DNA from: an uncultured Prevotellaceae bacterium
GTDB taxonomy: Bacteria > Bacteroidota > Bacteroidia > Bacteroidales > Bacteroidaceae
Assembly (NCBI GenBank): GCA_947169115.1
Contig: CAMVOK010000010.1
Span: forward strand, 7,091 to 71,090
DNA length: 64,000 nucleotides
Direction: 5' to 3'
Shown here: positions 46,204 to 55,010 of the stretch, piece by piece
Position numbering within the stretch: position 1 is the stretch's first letter
How the letters are laid out: each line of letters starts with the position of its first letter
Translations under genes and position numbers: made by a program
Notes under the pieces: model-generated
Database searches by the model: none
The model's input: only the letters and a program-made list of their open reading frames with translations
What the model was told of the DNA's origin: nothing

Positions 46204-46776
46204 ATGAAAGTTTTGATGAGACGTCTGTTTTTGACTACGATTATAAGTCTTTCTGCATTTGGTACGGCAAGGGCTCAGATGCTTGCGCTGAAGACCGATG
46301 CTCTGCCTTATGTGGCATTTGCTCCCAATTTGGGTGCGGAGCTTGTGACGAGTAACAAGACAAGTGTGACGCTGGAGGCCGTGGTGGCTCTGCATTCCTT
46401 CGGTACAAACATGAAGGCAGCAGCTGTTTCTCCAGAATTCCGTTACTACTTCCATGGCCGTCCTATGACACGTGAGTTTATAGGTTTCAGCGTGGTGGGT
46501 GCTACCTACAAATGGTACAACGATGATGGTAAGACGTTTAAGGGAAATGTCGGTGGATTCGGTCTGACATTTGGTTACGTATGGCGCCTGGGAGTCAAGC
46601 AGCGTTGGAACATGGAAGCCCGTGGTGGAATTGGACTCTACCGTTACAATCAGCAGTCGCGCTATGCTTGGGAGGGTTCTCAGGATGAATTCCCAGAACG
46701 CGGTTGGGTCGTGCTGCCCTATAAAGTAGGATTGGCTTTCAGTTACATTCTTCCCACGGAGAAGAAAAAGAAGTAA
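46204..46776 (+). CDS. DUF3575-type small outer-membrane beta-barrel protein (envelope operon gene 5)
   Basis: Signal peptide, then LALKTDALPYVAFAPNLGAELV...VSPEFRYYF...FGLTFGYVW. This alternating-hydrophobic strand pattern is typical of the DUF3575 family. Confidence 0.65.
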   Translation: MKVLMRRLFLTTIISLSAFGTARAQMLALKTDALPYVAFAPNLGAELVTSNKTSVTLEAVVALHSFGTNMKAAAVSPEFRYYFHGRPMTREFIGFSVVGATYKWYNDDGKTFKGNVGGFGLTFGYVWRLGVKQRWNMEARGGIGLYRYNQQSRYAWEGSQDEFPERGWVVLPYKVGLAFSYILPTEKKKK

Positions 46777-46819
46777 GGTTTGACAGTTGAATAAGGAAAA
46801 AAGAAAATATATACGTGAT

Positions 46820-49800
46820 ATGTTTACTATAAAATCAAGATATGTTTGTGTGCTCACCCTCCTCTTTGGAGCATTCGTGACGGATGCAAGGGGAGAGAGT
46901 TTACCAGACCAACCAAAGGAGATGCCTGCCGACTCTGTTTCGGCGAGCACGGGAAGTGTATCGACACGGCGTGCTCCTATCGACCCGTTCATGTACAGGG
47001 TTCAGAATCGTCATCTGGAGAAAGGAGCCGACTTCTATTCCGACAGCATCAAGTGGACAGACCATATTTCTCTTGGCCTGTTTACTGGCCCTGTGGTTCA
47101 TGGTGGGCATGTGAGTTCTATGACTCTGGGTTCGCGCATCAACTTTGGTCGCCCCATCGGTGTGATTGCTTCATTCCAGTTCAGTCGTCTGCATGGTGCA
47201 CGTTTGATATACCAGAACAATCTGTTTAAGAACAACTATCGTATCGACGGTTCGCTCAATACTCATGAATTGGGTGCTGGTTATATGTTTAACTTCACCA
47301 ATTACTTCAAGGGCTATGATCCCAACAAGCGTTTTAATGTGTTGGCTACAGCTACGGCATTTGCTGATTTTACTAAGACTAAATTTGACGGAAAGAGACG
47401 CGTAGGAGCCCGTGGTGAGTTTGGTCTGTTGTTCAACTATCGTGTATTGCGTAACCTGTCTGTATTTGCTGAACCTTATATCGGCCTTACAACCGACGAT
47501 TACGACCATGACCTTACTCCCCATCGTTATGACTTCCTTGGCGGTCTGCGTGCCGGTGTTGCTACTAACGGTGCAACAAAGTCGTTCTTCGAACATGTAC
47601 GGAACAGTAAGAATAACCTCTATCAGCCCAAGTTCTGGGGTCAGCACTTCTTCTTTGGTGCCAGTGGTGGACGCATCTGGTCGAATGCCGATAAGGATCC
47701 TATACATGGCAAGATGTCAGCTGAGTCTCACGTATTCTTAGGTTATAGATTCTCACCTGCTCATGCTTTACGTTTCCAGGCCACATACTTTAAGACGCCA
47801 GAGAACATCGAGCGTAAGCATCACGTGATGGGTGAATTGGACTACATGATTAACTTCACCAACATGTGGCGTGGTTATGACCCCAAGCGTCGTTTCCTCG
47901 TATCGGGAATCCTCGGTATGGGTGCACGCTATCTTGAGGATCCTGGTAAAGATGATGTTGTTGTTCCCATGGCGGTGGCAGGTCTTGGATTTAACTACCA
48001 TCTGACTCCGCAGATTAGTTTCTTCGCTGAGCCTTATGGTGGGTATGCTTTAGGACGTAAGGGTGCGAAGAATACGATTTTTGGTGGTATTCGTGGAGGT
48101 GTTCAATTTGACTTTATAGATACTTACACCTACATGCCTCATTATGCCCTTACTACCCATGAGATGGAGGTAGCTTCGAAGTGGCAGATGAATCCGATGT
48201 CTCACGTCTTCTATGGTGCTAGTCTTGGATCGCAGGCTGTGCATAGCCGTCCAAATAATAACGAATTTACGATGCCTTTTAATGCTTTTATAGGGTATCG
48301 CTTTACTCCTGTACAGTCGTTGCGATTCATGGGATCCTACATCAAGACAGATGAGGATATTGTCCGTGGCAAGCATACGTCTTTTGAATTAGACTATATG
48401 CTCAACTTCTCCAATTTAATCTATGGCTATAAGGAGAATCGCCGCCTGAATGTAACTGGATTTGTCGGTGCGGGTATGCGCAACATTATCAGCGAAGGTA
48501 CGAATGGTAGGCGTGCTGTGATGATAAGTTCTGGTGCCAATGTCTCTTATCGCCTCTACAAAGGTATGAGCCTCTTCTTGGAACCCTATGTGCAGCTGGC
48601 ATACACACAACCTCACCGCTATTATTCGTTTGTTGGAGGTGTAAATGGTGGTGTGATGGTAGATATGGAATATGCAACCATGTATGGCAAACGTCTTGGT
48701 GGCGATTATCAGCCTGACTGGAAAAATGAGGTGTGGCGTCACTTCTTTGTTGGAGGTGGCGGTGGTATAACGGGTGTACACACTCGTGTTTACAAGCACA
48801 TGAAGACTTACCCCATGTTCTTATTAATGGGCTATCGCTTCTCTCCCAATCAGGCTCTGCGTTTGAAGGCTGGATACATCAAGACGGATGAGAACATTGA
48901 CCGCCATCAGCATGTGAGTGCTGAGGTTGATTACATGCTCAACTTCACTAATATGTTTAATCCCTATCGTCCAAATCGTCTGTTGAACGTGATGGGTTAT
49001 TTGGGTGTCGGCGCAAAATATCTTGATAACCTGAAGGATCGTGATGGTATTCTCTCTCCCATGGGAACTATGGGTGTGGACATCGCTCTACGTATCAAAC
49101 CAGGTTTGAGCGTCTTTGCCGAGCCTCATTTGGATATCGCGAAAGCTAAGGATCAGAACTTCTTGTCGATGTATTACGGAGCCAACTTAGGTCTTGTGCT
49201 CAGCTTCGACGAACTGAATGCTTATAGTCCTCGATGGGGTACTCCCACGGCGGAGTGGATTTTCAAACCCTATCAGCGTCTCTTCTTCGGAGGCAGTGCT
49301 GGTTACTTGCGTACTCAGCGTGTGAGCTCCAAGAATCAGGTGCCTGTATCCTTGTTCATGGGTTACCGATTCAATCCCAACCATGCTTTGCGTCTGAGAG
49401 CTACCTATAATAAGACCGATGAGAAGATTAACCGTTCTAACCACGTAGGTGGAAGTCTTGACTATATGTTCAATGCTTCGAATATGATTGCTGGTTATAA
49501 ACCAAATCGTCCTCTTAACCTAATTGGTTTTATTGGTCTTGGTGTTCGTAATGTAGAGGCTGAGAACCTGAAGAGAAACGAGGTGGCACTGGGCTTGATG
49601 GGAAATGCAGGTATGGACATTGCATATCGCGTTACCCGCAATTTGAACATCTTTATAGAACCCTATGTAGGTGGTGTACATTCGCGCAGGACTAAAGAGA
49701 ACGTGAACTTCTTTATGGGTGTAAATGGTGGTTTCGTACTTAACTTACAAGATGTAGACGAGTCCTATCGTGGTGTTAAGACCAATCATAATCCTATCGT

Positions 49801-50923
49801 AGAGGCTTCTTATGGTTGGATGTTCCCCATGCTTACGGGTTCTGGTATGCACAATTCGGGTCTTTCACTTGATGTACGTTTGGGAACCTGGCTTGATCCC
49901 TATTTCGGTGTTCGTGGCTCGTTACTCTTTGAGCACTATGGATATTCTCCCTATTACAGTTCTCAGAAAGACAAAAATAAGGATAAGGATAATGGAAATG
50001 CAAATTCACGTGTAGTGAAGGGGCGTGTCGAAGGCTTGTTTAATCCTCTGAACCTCTCTTCTAACTGGCGTGAAAATGCCGATGAAAAGAAGTTTGAACT
50101 GAATTTGGCTGCTGGTATTGAACTCGGTGTGGCTGATAAGAAGTATGCCATAGGCAAGGGCGATGATAAATACGGTGTCTATGGTATCACATTCGCAGCC
50201 CAGGCTTTGTATAAAGTAAACCCCAATACAGCCATCTTCATTGAGCCTCGCTACGAACACATGGGTGCATGGTTTGTAGGTAGTGGTAAGACCGTGAAAT
50301 ATCTGGGTGACTTTAAGCATGATAATATTGCTACGATTAGTGGTGGTGTGCGTGTCATACGTGGAACGGCTGAGCAACGTGACGATGAACGCCGTCTCAA
50401 CTTTGAGCAGTCCATCTTCATGATGGCCAATGTCGGTGGCTACAAGGGCTTGGGCTACTACAAGAGAGAAAATGGTGGACGCCTAGGTAAGTTTGGTGGT
50501 CTTTCACTCGGTTTCTTGATTACCCCGGTTCATGGTATTAAGTTCAATGTTCAGCCTTCTTGGTATAAGGTGAAGGGTGGTGCAAAGCCCTATAACTATA
50601 CGCTTATGGACTACCGCCTTTCCTACCTTCTCAACTTCAGCAATCTCTACCAGAGTCCAGCTTATCGCAAGGTTGATTTCTATTGGCAGGCTGGTGTAGG
50701 TCTCTCCACTATTATCTCATCACCCAAGGGATGGAAACGCCGTGCACCAAGTGCATCGCTCGGGTTCTTGGTTGCCTATAACATCAACAAGCACTGGGCT
50801 ATTACCACTGAGCCTCTCGGCCAGTTGGTAGCAAAGAGAAATTTCTTGCCCGGCTACAGTATTAAGCCTCGCATGGCTATGATGAGGGCTGATATCTCTG
50901 TTGGCGCAATGTGGAAGTTCTAA
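46820..50923 (+). CDS. Giant outer-membrane protein made of about seven tandem small beta-barrel modules (envelope operon gene 6)
   Basis: Signal MFTIKSRYVCVLTLLFGAFVTDARG (ATG 46820; the ORF track uses TTG 46787). The module GYRF[ST]P..ALR....Y.KT.E.I.R..HV..E[LV]DYM.NF[TS]N....Y.P.R...V.G..G.G.R recurs in four clear internal copies at ~195-aa spacing, with three more divergent modules flanking them. The protein ends in ...VGAMWKF, a terminal aromatic beta-signal. Confidence 0.7.
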   Translation: MFTIKSRYVCVLTLLFGAFVTDARGESLPDQPKEMPADSVSASTGSVSTRRAPIDPFMYRVQNRHLEKGADFYSDSIKWTDHISLGLFTGPVVHGGHVSSMTLGSRINFGRPIGVIASFQFSRLHGARLIYQNNLFKNNYRIDGSLNTHELGAGYMFNFTNYFKGYDPNKRFNVLATATAFADFTKTKFDGKRRVGARGEFGLLFNYRVLRNLSVFAEPYIGLTTDDYDHDLTPHRYDFLGGLRAGVATNGATKSFFEHVRNSKNNLYQPKFWGQHFFFGASGGRIWSNADKDPIHGKMSAESHVFLGYRFSPAHALRFQATYFKTPENIERKHHVMGELDYMINFTNMWRGYDPKRRFLVSGILGMGARYLEDPGKDDVVVPMAVAGLGFNYHLTPQISFFAEPYGGYALGRKGAKNTIFGGIRGGVQFDFIDTYTYMPHYALTTHEMEVASKWQMNPMSHVFYGASLGSQAVHSRPNNNEFTMPFNAFIGYRFTPVQSLRFMGSYIKTDEDIVRGKHTSFELDYMLNFSNLIYGYKENRRLNVTGFVGAGMRNIISEGTNGRRAVMISSGANVSYRLYKGMSLFLEPYVQLAYTQPHRYYSFVGGVNGGVMVDMEYATMYGKRLGGDYQPDWKNEVWRHFFVGGGGGITGVHTRVYKHMKTYPMFLLMGYRFSPNQALRLKAGYIKTDENIDRHQHVSAEVDYMLNFTNMFNPYRPNRLLNVMGYLGVGAKYLDNLKDRDGILSPMGTMGVDIALRIKPGLSVFAEPHLDIAKAKDQNFLSMYYGANLGLVLSFDELNAYSPRWGTPTAEWIFKPYQRLFFGGSAGYLRTQRVSSKNQVPVSLFMGYRFNPNHALRLRATYNKTDEKINRSNHVGGSLDYMFNASNMIAGYKPNRPLNLIGFIGLGVRNVEAENLKRNEVALGLMGNAGMDIAYRVTRNLNIFIEPYVGGVHSRRTKENVNFFMGVNGGFVLNLQDVDESYRGVKTNHNPIVEASYGWMFPMLTGSGMHNSGLSLDVRLGTWLDPYFGVRGSLLFEHYGYSPYYSSQKDKNKDKDNGNANSRVVKGRVEGLFNPLNLSSNWRENADEKKFELNLAAGIELGVADKKYAIGKGDDKYGVYGITFAAQALYKVNPNTAIFIEPRYEHMGAWFVGSGKTVKYLGDFKHDNIATISGGVRVIRGTAEQRDDERRLNFEQSIFMMANVGGYKGLGYYKRENGGRLGKFGGLSLGFLITPVHGIKFNVQPSWYKVKGGAKPYNYTLMDYRLSYLLNFSNLYQSPAYRKVDFYWQAGVGLSTIISSPKGWKRRAPSASLGFLVAYNINKHWAITTEPLGQLVAKRNFLPGYSIKPRMAMMRADISVGAMWKF

Positions 50924-50932
50924 TTTATCAAA

Positions 50933-52732
50933 ATGCAAGACATACGCAATATTGCTATTATCGCTCATGTCGACCATGGTAAAACTACCTTGGTCGACAA
51001 GATGCTTATGGAGGGGAACCTGTTTCGCGACAATCAGCAGACGGGTGAGTTGATGTTGGACAATAACGAGCTGGAGCGTGAGCGCGGTATTACCATCCTC
51101 TCGAAGAATGTTAGCATAAACTACAAGGGTACAAAGATAAATATTATCGATACCCCGGGGCACTCAGATTTTGGCGGTGAGGTAGAGCGTGTTCTAAATA
51201 TGGCAGATGGTTGTCTTCTTTTGGTGGATGCTTTTGAAGGTCCAATGCCCCAGACACGTTTCGTATTGCGCAAGGCACTAGAGATAGGTCTAAAACCTAT
51301 TGTTGTGGTAAATAAGGTGGACAAATTAAACTGCCGACCAGAGGAAGTTTATGAAATGGTCTTTGACCTTATGTTCGACCTTGGCGGTACCGAAGAACAA
51401 CTTGACTTTCCTGTTATCTACGGTTCTGCAAAGAACGGATGGATGGGCCCCGACTATAGTAACCCCACGGGGGATATAAAGTATTTACTCGACCAAATTC
51501 TGGAACATATACCCGCTCCTAATCAGTTGGAGGGTACGCCTCAAATGCTTATTACGTCACTTGACTATTCTATCTATACAGGACGTATTGCCGTGGGACG
51601 TGTCCATCGTGGCACCATCCGCGAGGGTATGAATATCACCATTGCTCATCGCGATGGTTCGATGGAAAAGACCAAGATAAAGGAACTGCACACCTTTACG
51701 GGTATGGGGCAGGCCAAAATCTCTGAAGTAACCAGTGGCGACATCTGTGCTATCATCGGCCTTGAACATTTCGAGATTGGTGATACTATCTGTGACTTTG
51801 AGAATCCCGAACCTCTGCCACCGATTAGCATTGATGAACCCACAATGTCCATGCTTTTCACCATCAACGACTCTCCTTTCTTCGGAAAGGAAGGCAAATA
51901 CTGCACCAGCCGTCACATCCATGAGCGTCTGCAAAAGGAACTGGAGAAGAATCTGGCTTTGCGTGTAGAGCAGCCCGAAGGATTCAATGACCGTTGGATC
52001 GTTTCTGGTCGTGGTGTACTTCATCTCTCTGTACTTATCGAAACCATGCGCCGTGAGGGCTACGAACTTCAGGTTGGTCAGCCACAAGTCATCTATAAGG
52101 ATATTGACGGTGTGAAGTGTGAGCCCATAGAGGAATTGACCATCAATGTGCCTGAGGAGTTCTCCAGTAAGATGATAGATATGGTAACTCGTCGTAAGGG
52201 TGAGATGACTAGCATGGAGACGCAAGGATCGCGCGTGAACATCGAGTTTAACATACCTTCGCGTGGTATCATCGGTCTGCGTACTAATGTTCTTACGGCC
52301 AGTCAGGGTGAGGCTATTATGGCTCACCGCTACAAGGAATATCAGCCTTATAAGGGTGACATACAGCGTCGTATCAATGGTTCAATGATTGCTCTCGAAG
52401 GTGGTACGGCCTATGCTTATGCCATCAACAACCTGCAAGACCGCGGTTCTTTCTTCATCGACCCACAGACTGAGGTATATGCTGGTCAGGTAGTAGGTGA
52501 GCATGTTCATGAAAACGACCTTGTAGTTAATGTCTGCAAGGCCAAGCAACTTACGAACATGCGTGCTTCGGGTAGCGATGAGAAGGTTCGTATTATTCCT
52601 CCCATTGTTTTCTCCTTGGAGGAAGCTCTCGAATACATAAAGGAGGATGAATACGTAGAGGTAACCCCAAAATCCATGCGTCTGCGTAAGATTATCCTCG
52701 ATCATTTGGAGAGAAAACGTGCAAATCGTTAA
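50933..52732 (+). CDS. typA: Translational GTPase TypA/BipA
   Basis: [36 protein letters not shown] and NKVD. Length and C-terminal domain fit BipA. Confidence 0.93.
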   Translation: MQDIRNIAIIAHVDHGKTTLVDKMLMEGNLFRDNQQTGELMLDNNELERERGITILSKNVSINYKGTKINIIDTPGHSDFGGEVERVLNMADGCLLLVDAFEGPMPQTRFVLRKALEIGLKPIVVVNKVDKLNCRPEEVYEMVFDLMFDLGGTEEQLDFPVIYGSAKNGWMGPDYSNPTGDIKYLLDQILEHIPAPNQLEGTPQMLITSLDYSIYTGRIAVGRVHRGTIREGMNITIAHRDGSMEKTKIKELHTFTGMGQAKISEVTSGDICAIIGLEHFEIGDTICDFENPEPLPPISIDEPTMSMLFTINDSPFFGKEGKYCTSRHIHERLQKELEKNLALRVEQPEGFNDRWIVSGRGVLHLSVLIETMRREGYELQVGQPQVIYKDIDGVKCEPIEELTINVPEEFSSKMIDMVTRRKGEMTSMETQGSRVNIEFNIPSRGIIGLRTNVLTASQGEAIMAHRYKEYQPYKGDIQRRINGSMIALEGGTAYAYAINNLQDRGSFFIDPQTEVYAGQVVGEHVHENDLVVNVCKAKQLTNMRASGSDEKVRIIPPIVFSLEEALEYIKEDEYVEVTPKSMRLRKIILDHLERKRANR

Positions 52733-52753
52733 AGTAATCCCCATCATTGTTGT

Positions 52754-54343
52754 ATGAAGAAATTCCTGTCTACCATTTTCCTAATGACAGTTCTCTCTGG
52801 GCATGCTCAGCAGAGTGATTTCGTCATAGAGAAAGGAGCATTTACAAACGAGTGGTCATCCCTCTCTGCATGGGAGTGCCCAGAATGGTTCAAGGATGCC
52901 AAGTTTGGAATATGGGCACACTGGGGACCTCAATGTCATGCAGAAGCGGGCGACTGGTATGCCCGTTTCATGTATTATCAGGGCAGTGGTGCATTTAAAT
53001 GGCATGTAAAGCACTTTGGCGACCCCAATAACTTTGGATTGAAAGAACTGTGTAATGACTGGAAAGCTCAGAATTGGAATCCGGAGGAGTTGATTAACTT
53101 ATATAAGAGCGTGGGGGCTCGTTATTTTATGACTTTGGGTAACCATCACGACAACTTTGACTTATGGGGCTCACCTTATCAGGAGTGGAACTCGGTAAAT
53201 GTGGGACCTAAGAAAGATATCGTGAAGGGATGGAGCGAAGCCTGTAAAAAGGTGGGATTACCTTTGGGCGTTAGCATTCATGCGTCTCATGCCTGGACAT
53301 GGCTGGAGCCTTCGCAGAACTATGATGGAAACTTGACGAAGGCTGATGGAGTAGGGCTCTGGTGGGAAGGCTTTGATCCTCAGGAACTCTATGCACAGAA
53401 TCATGCACACTCTATGGGATGGGAGAATTCTGGGAGTATTCACGGGCAGTGGGACTGGGCTAACGGTGCCAGTTTGCCCTCTGCTACATACAAACAGAAG
53501 TTTCAGAACCGCGTATTGGAGTTAATCAGTGATTATAATCCTGATATGCTGTACTTCGACGACACCGCCATGCCATTCTATGGCTGTGACGAGCAGATAG
53601 GTAAAAATATATTGCAGCATTACTATAATCATAGTGCCAATCAGCATAAGGGAAAGCCACAGGTCGTTGTTACGGGTAAGCAGCTGACCCCAGACCAGAA
53701 GCAATACATGATGTGGGATGTAGAACGCGGTATTCCCGACCGCCCACAGCCTCTTTATTGGCAGACATGTACATGCATAGGTGAGTGGCACTATAATCAG
53801 GATGTATATAATAGAAACAGATATAAAAGTGCTGCTACGGTTATTCGCATGCTTGTAGATGTGGTTTCAAAGAATGGTAACCTCTTACTGAGTATTCCCA
53901 TTAAGAGTGACGGTACTATCGACGATAAGGAACGCCTTATATTAAGTGAAATCAAAGCATGGATGGACATCAATAGCGAGAGTATATATGGTACGCGTCC
54001 TTACCTGCCCTTTGGCGAAGGACCTTTGGCAGAAGCCAATAATCCCATGAAAGCACAGGGTTTCAACGAGGGACAGGCATATTCGTCGCAGGATGTTCGG
54101 TATGTGGAGAAAAAGGGGAAAGTCTATGCCACTATCATGTCATGGCCGTCGGAGGGTGATTTCATGTTCAAGTCATTCCCAATAGTTAAGTCTATGGATG
54201 GCCGTAAGGTGAAAGAGGTTAATCTCTTGGGTTATGGAAAGGTTGCCTTCAAACAAGACTCTAATGGCCTCACGGTGTCTATTCCTTCTACACAGCCTAA
54301 TTCCATCGCCCCAGTTTTCCGGATCGCTTTTAAGAGAAAATAA
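52754..54343 (+). CDS. Alpha-L-fucosidase-like glycoside hydrolase (GH29-like)
   Basis: Signal peptide. WFKDAKFGIWAHWGPQ resembles the GH29 N-terminal motif, and the C-terminal beta-sandwich is of typical length. The family call is moderately confident. Confidence 0.65.
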   Translation: MKKFLSTIFLMTVLSGHAQQSDFVIEKGAFTNEWSSLSAWECPEWFKDAKFGIWAHWGPQCHAEAGDWYARFMYYQGSGAFKWHVKHFGDPNNFGLKELCNDWKAQNWNPEELINLYKSVGARYFMTLGNHHDNFDLWGSPYQEWNSVNVGPKKDIVKGWSEACKKVGLPLGVSIHASHAWTWLEPSQNYDGNLTKADGVGLWWEGFDPQELYAQNHAHSMGWENSGSIHGQWDWANGASLPSATYKQKFQNRVLELISDYNPDMLYFDDTAMPFYGCDEQIGKNILQHYYNHSANQHKGKPQVVVTGKQLTPDQKQYMMWDVERGIPDRPQPLYWQTCTCIGEWHYNQDVYNRNRYKSAATVIRMLVDVVSKNGNLLLSIPIKSDGTIDDKERLILSEIKAWMDINSESIYGTRPYLPFGEGPLAEANNPMKAQGFNEGQAYSSQDVRYVEKKGKVYATIMSWPSEGDFMFKSFPIVKSMDGRKVKEVNLLGYGKVAFKQDSNGLTVSIPSTQPNSIAPVFRIAFKRK

Positions 54344-54520
54344 TCTCTTTGCGTAGCATTACTAATGTTGAAGTTTCAACGTTACTAATGTTGTGCTTCT
54401 TTGCATTTAGGGTCTATTGCTTCACTTTACATAGATACGGAATCTATTGATTTTTATAAGGATATTCAATGCCTGGAAATAATTTTTAACTTTTAATTTT
54501 TAAATTTTAATTAATTTTCG

Positions 54521-54528
54521 TACCTTTG
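54521..54528 (+). promoter_or_regulatory. Bacteroidota -7 promoter box for rpsO
   Basis: tacctttg follows an AT-rich ttttaa-repeat tract. The leader is ~70 nt. Confidence 0.5.
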
Positions 54529-54603
54529 CATCCGCATTTGCGAAACAGTACCAATGAGAGGCGGCTGTTCGACAAACAAGTTTAACACAAATTATTAAGT
54601 ACT

Positions 54604-54873
54604 ATGTATTTAGATTCAACTAAGAAGACAGAGATTTTCACCGAGTTTGGCGGTGGTGCAACCAACACAGGTAGTGCCGAGAGCCAGATTGCATTGTTTA
54701 CCTATCGCATTAAGCACCTGACGGAGCACATGAAGGAGAACCGTAAGGATCACAGCACCGAGCGTGCCCTGACTGGTTTGGTAGGTAAGCGTCGTTCCCT
54801 TCTGAACTATCTGAAGGCTCGCGACATCAATCGCTACCGTGCTATCGTGAAGGCTCTGGGTCTGCGTAAGTAA
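54604..54873 (+). CDS. rpsO: 30S ribosomal protein S15
   Basis: 89 aa. GSAESQIALFTYRIKHLTEHMKENRKDHSTERALTGLVGKRRSLLNYLK. Confidence 0.95.
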   Translation: MYLDSTKKTEIFTEFGGGATNTGSAESQIALFTYRIKHLTEHMKENRKDHSTERALTGLVGKRRSLLNYLKARDINRYRAIVKALGLRK

Positions 54874-54879
54874 TCACAA

Positions 54880-54917
54880 TCCCCCTCCCTATCCCTCCCA
54901 CCTCTCGGGGAGGGGGA
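54880..54917 (-). repeat. Hairpin/G4 element copy between the rpsO stop and its terminator
   Basis: tccccctccctatccctcccacctctcggggaggggga. Confidence 0.75.
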
Positions 54918-54920
54918 CAA

Positions 54921-54946
54921 GCCACAGTGTTTTGCTGTGGCTTTTT
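54921..54946 (+). terminator. Rho-independent terminator of rpsO
   Basis: gccacag-tgttttg-ctgtggc followed by tttttcttttt. Confidence 0.7.
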
Positions 54947-54953
54947 CTTTTTC

Positions 54954-55010
54954 AAATAGTAAATAGTAAACAGTAAATGGTAAATAGTAAATTGTTAAAA
55001 AGTAAATTAG
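54954..55010. repeat. 7-bp tandem word array containing the YfhO-like start codon
   Basis: aaatagt aaatagt aaacagt aaatggt aaatagt aaattgt taaaaagt aaattag. Confidence 0.9.

Noticed and set aside
46051-46992. 313-aa minus-strand ORF
   Set aside because: It overlaps three well-supported plus-strand genes with signal peptides. No motif supports it.
54359-54393. Direct repeat ttactaatgttg x2 flanking the palindrome gttgaa-gt-ttcaac after the GH29 gene
   Set aside because: It is short and isolated. It could be a weak terminator or operator, but a single occurrence gives no support.
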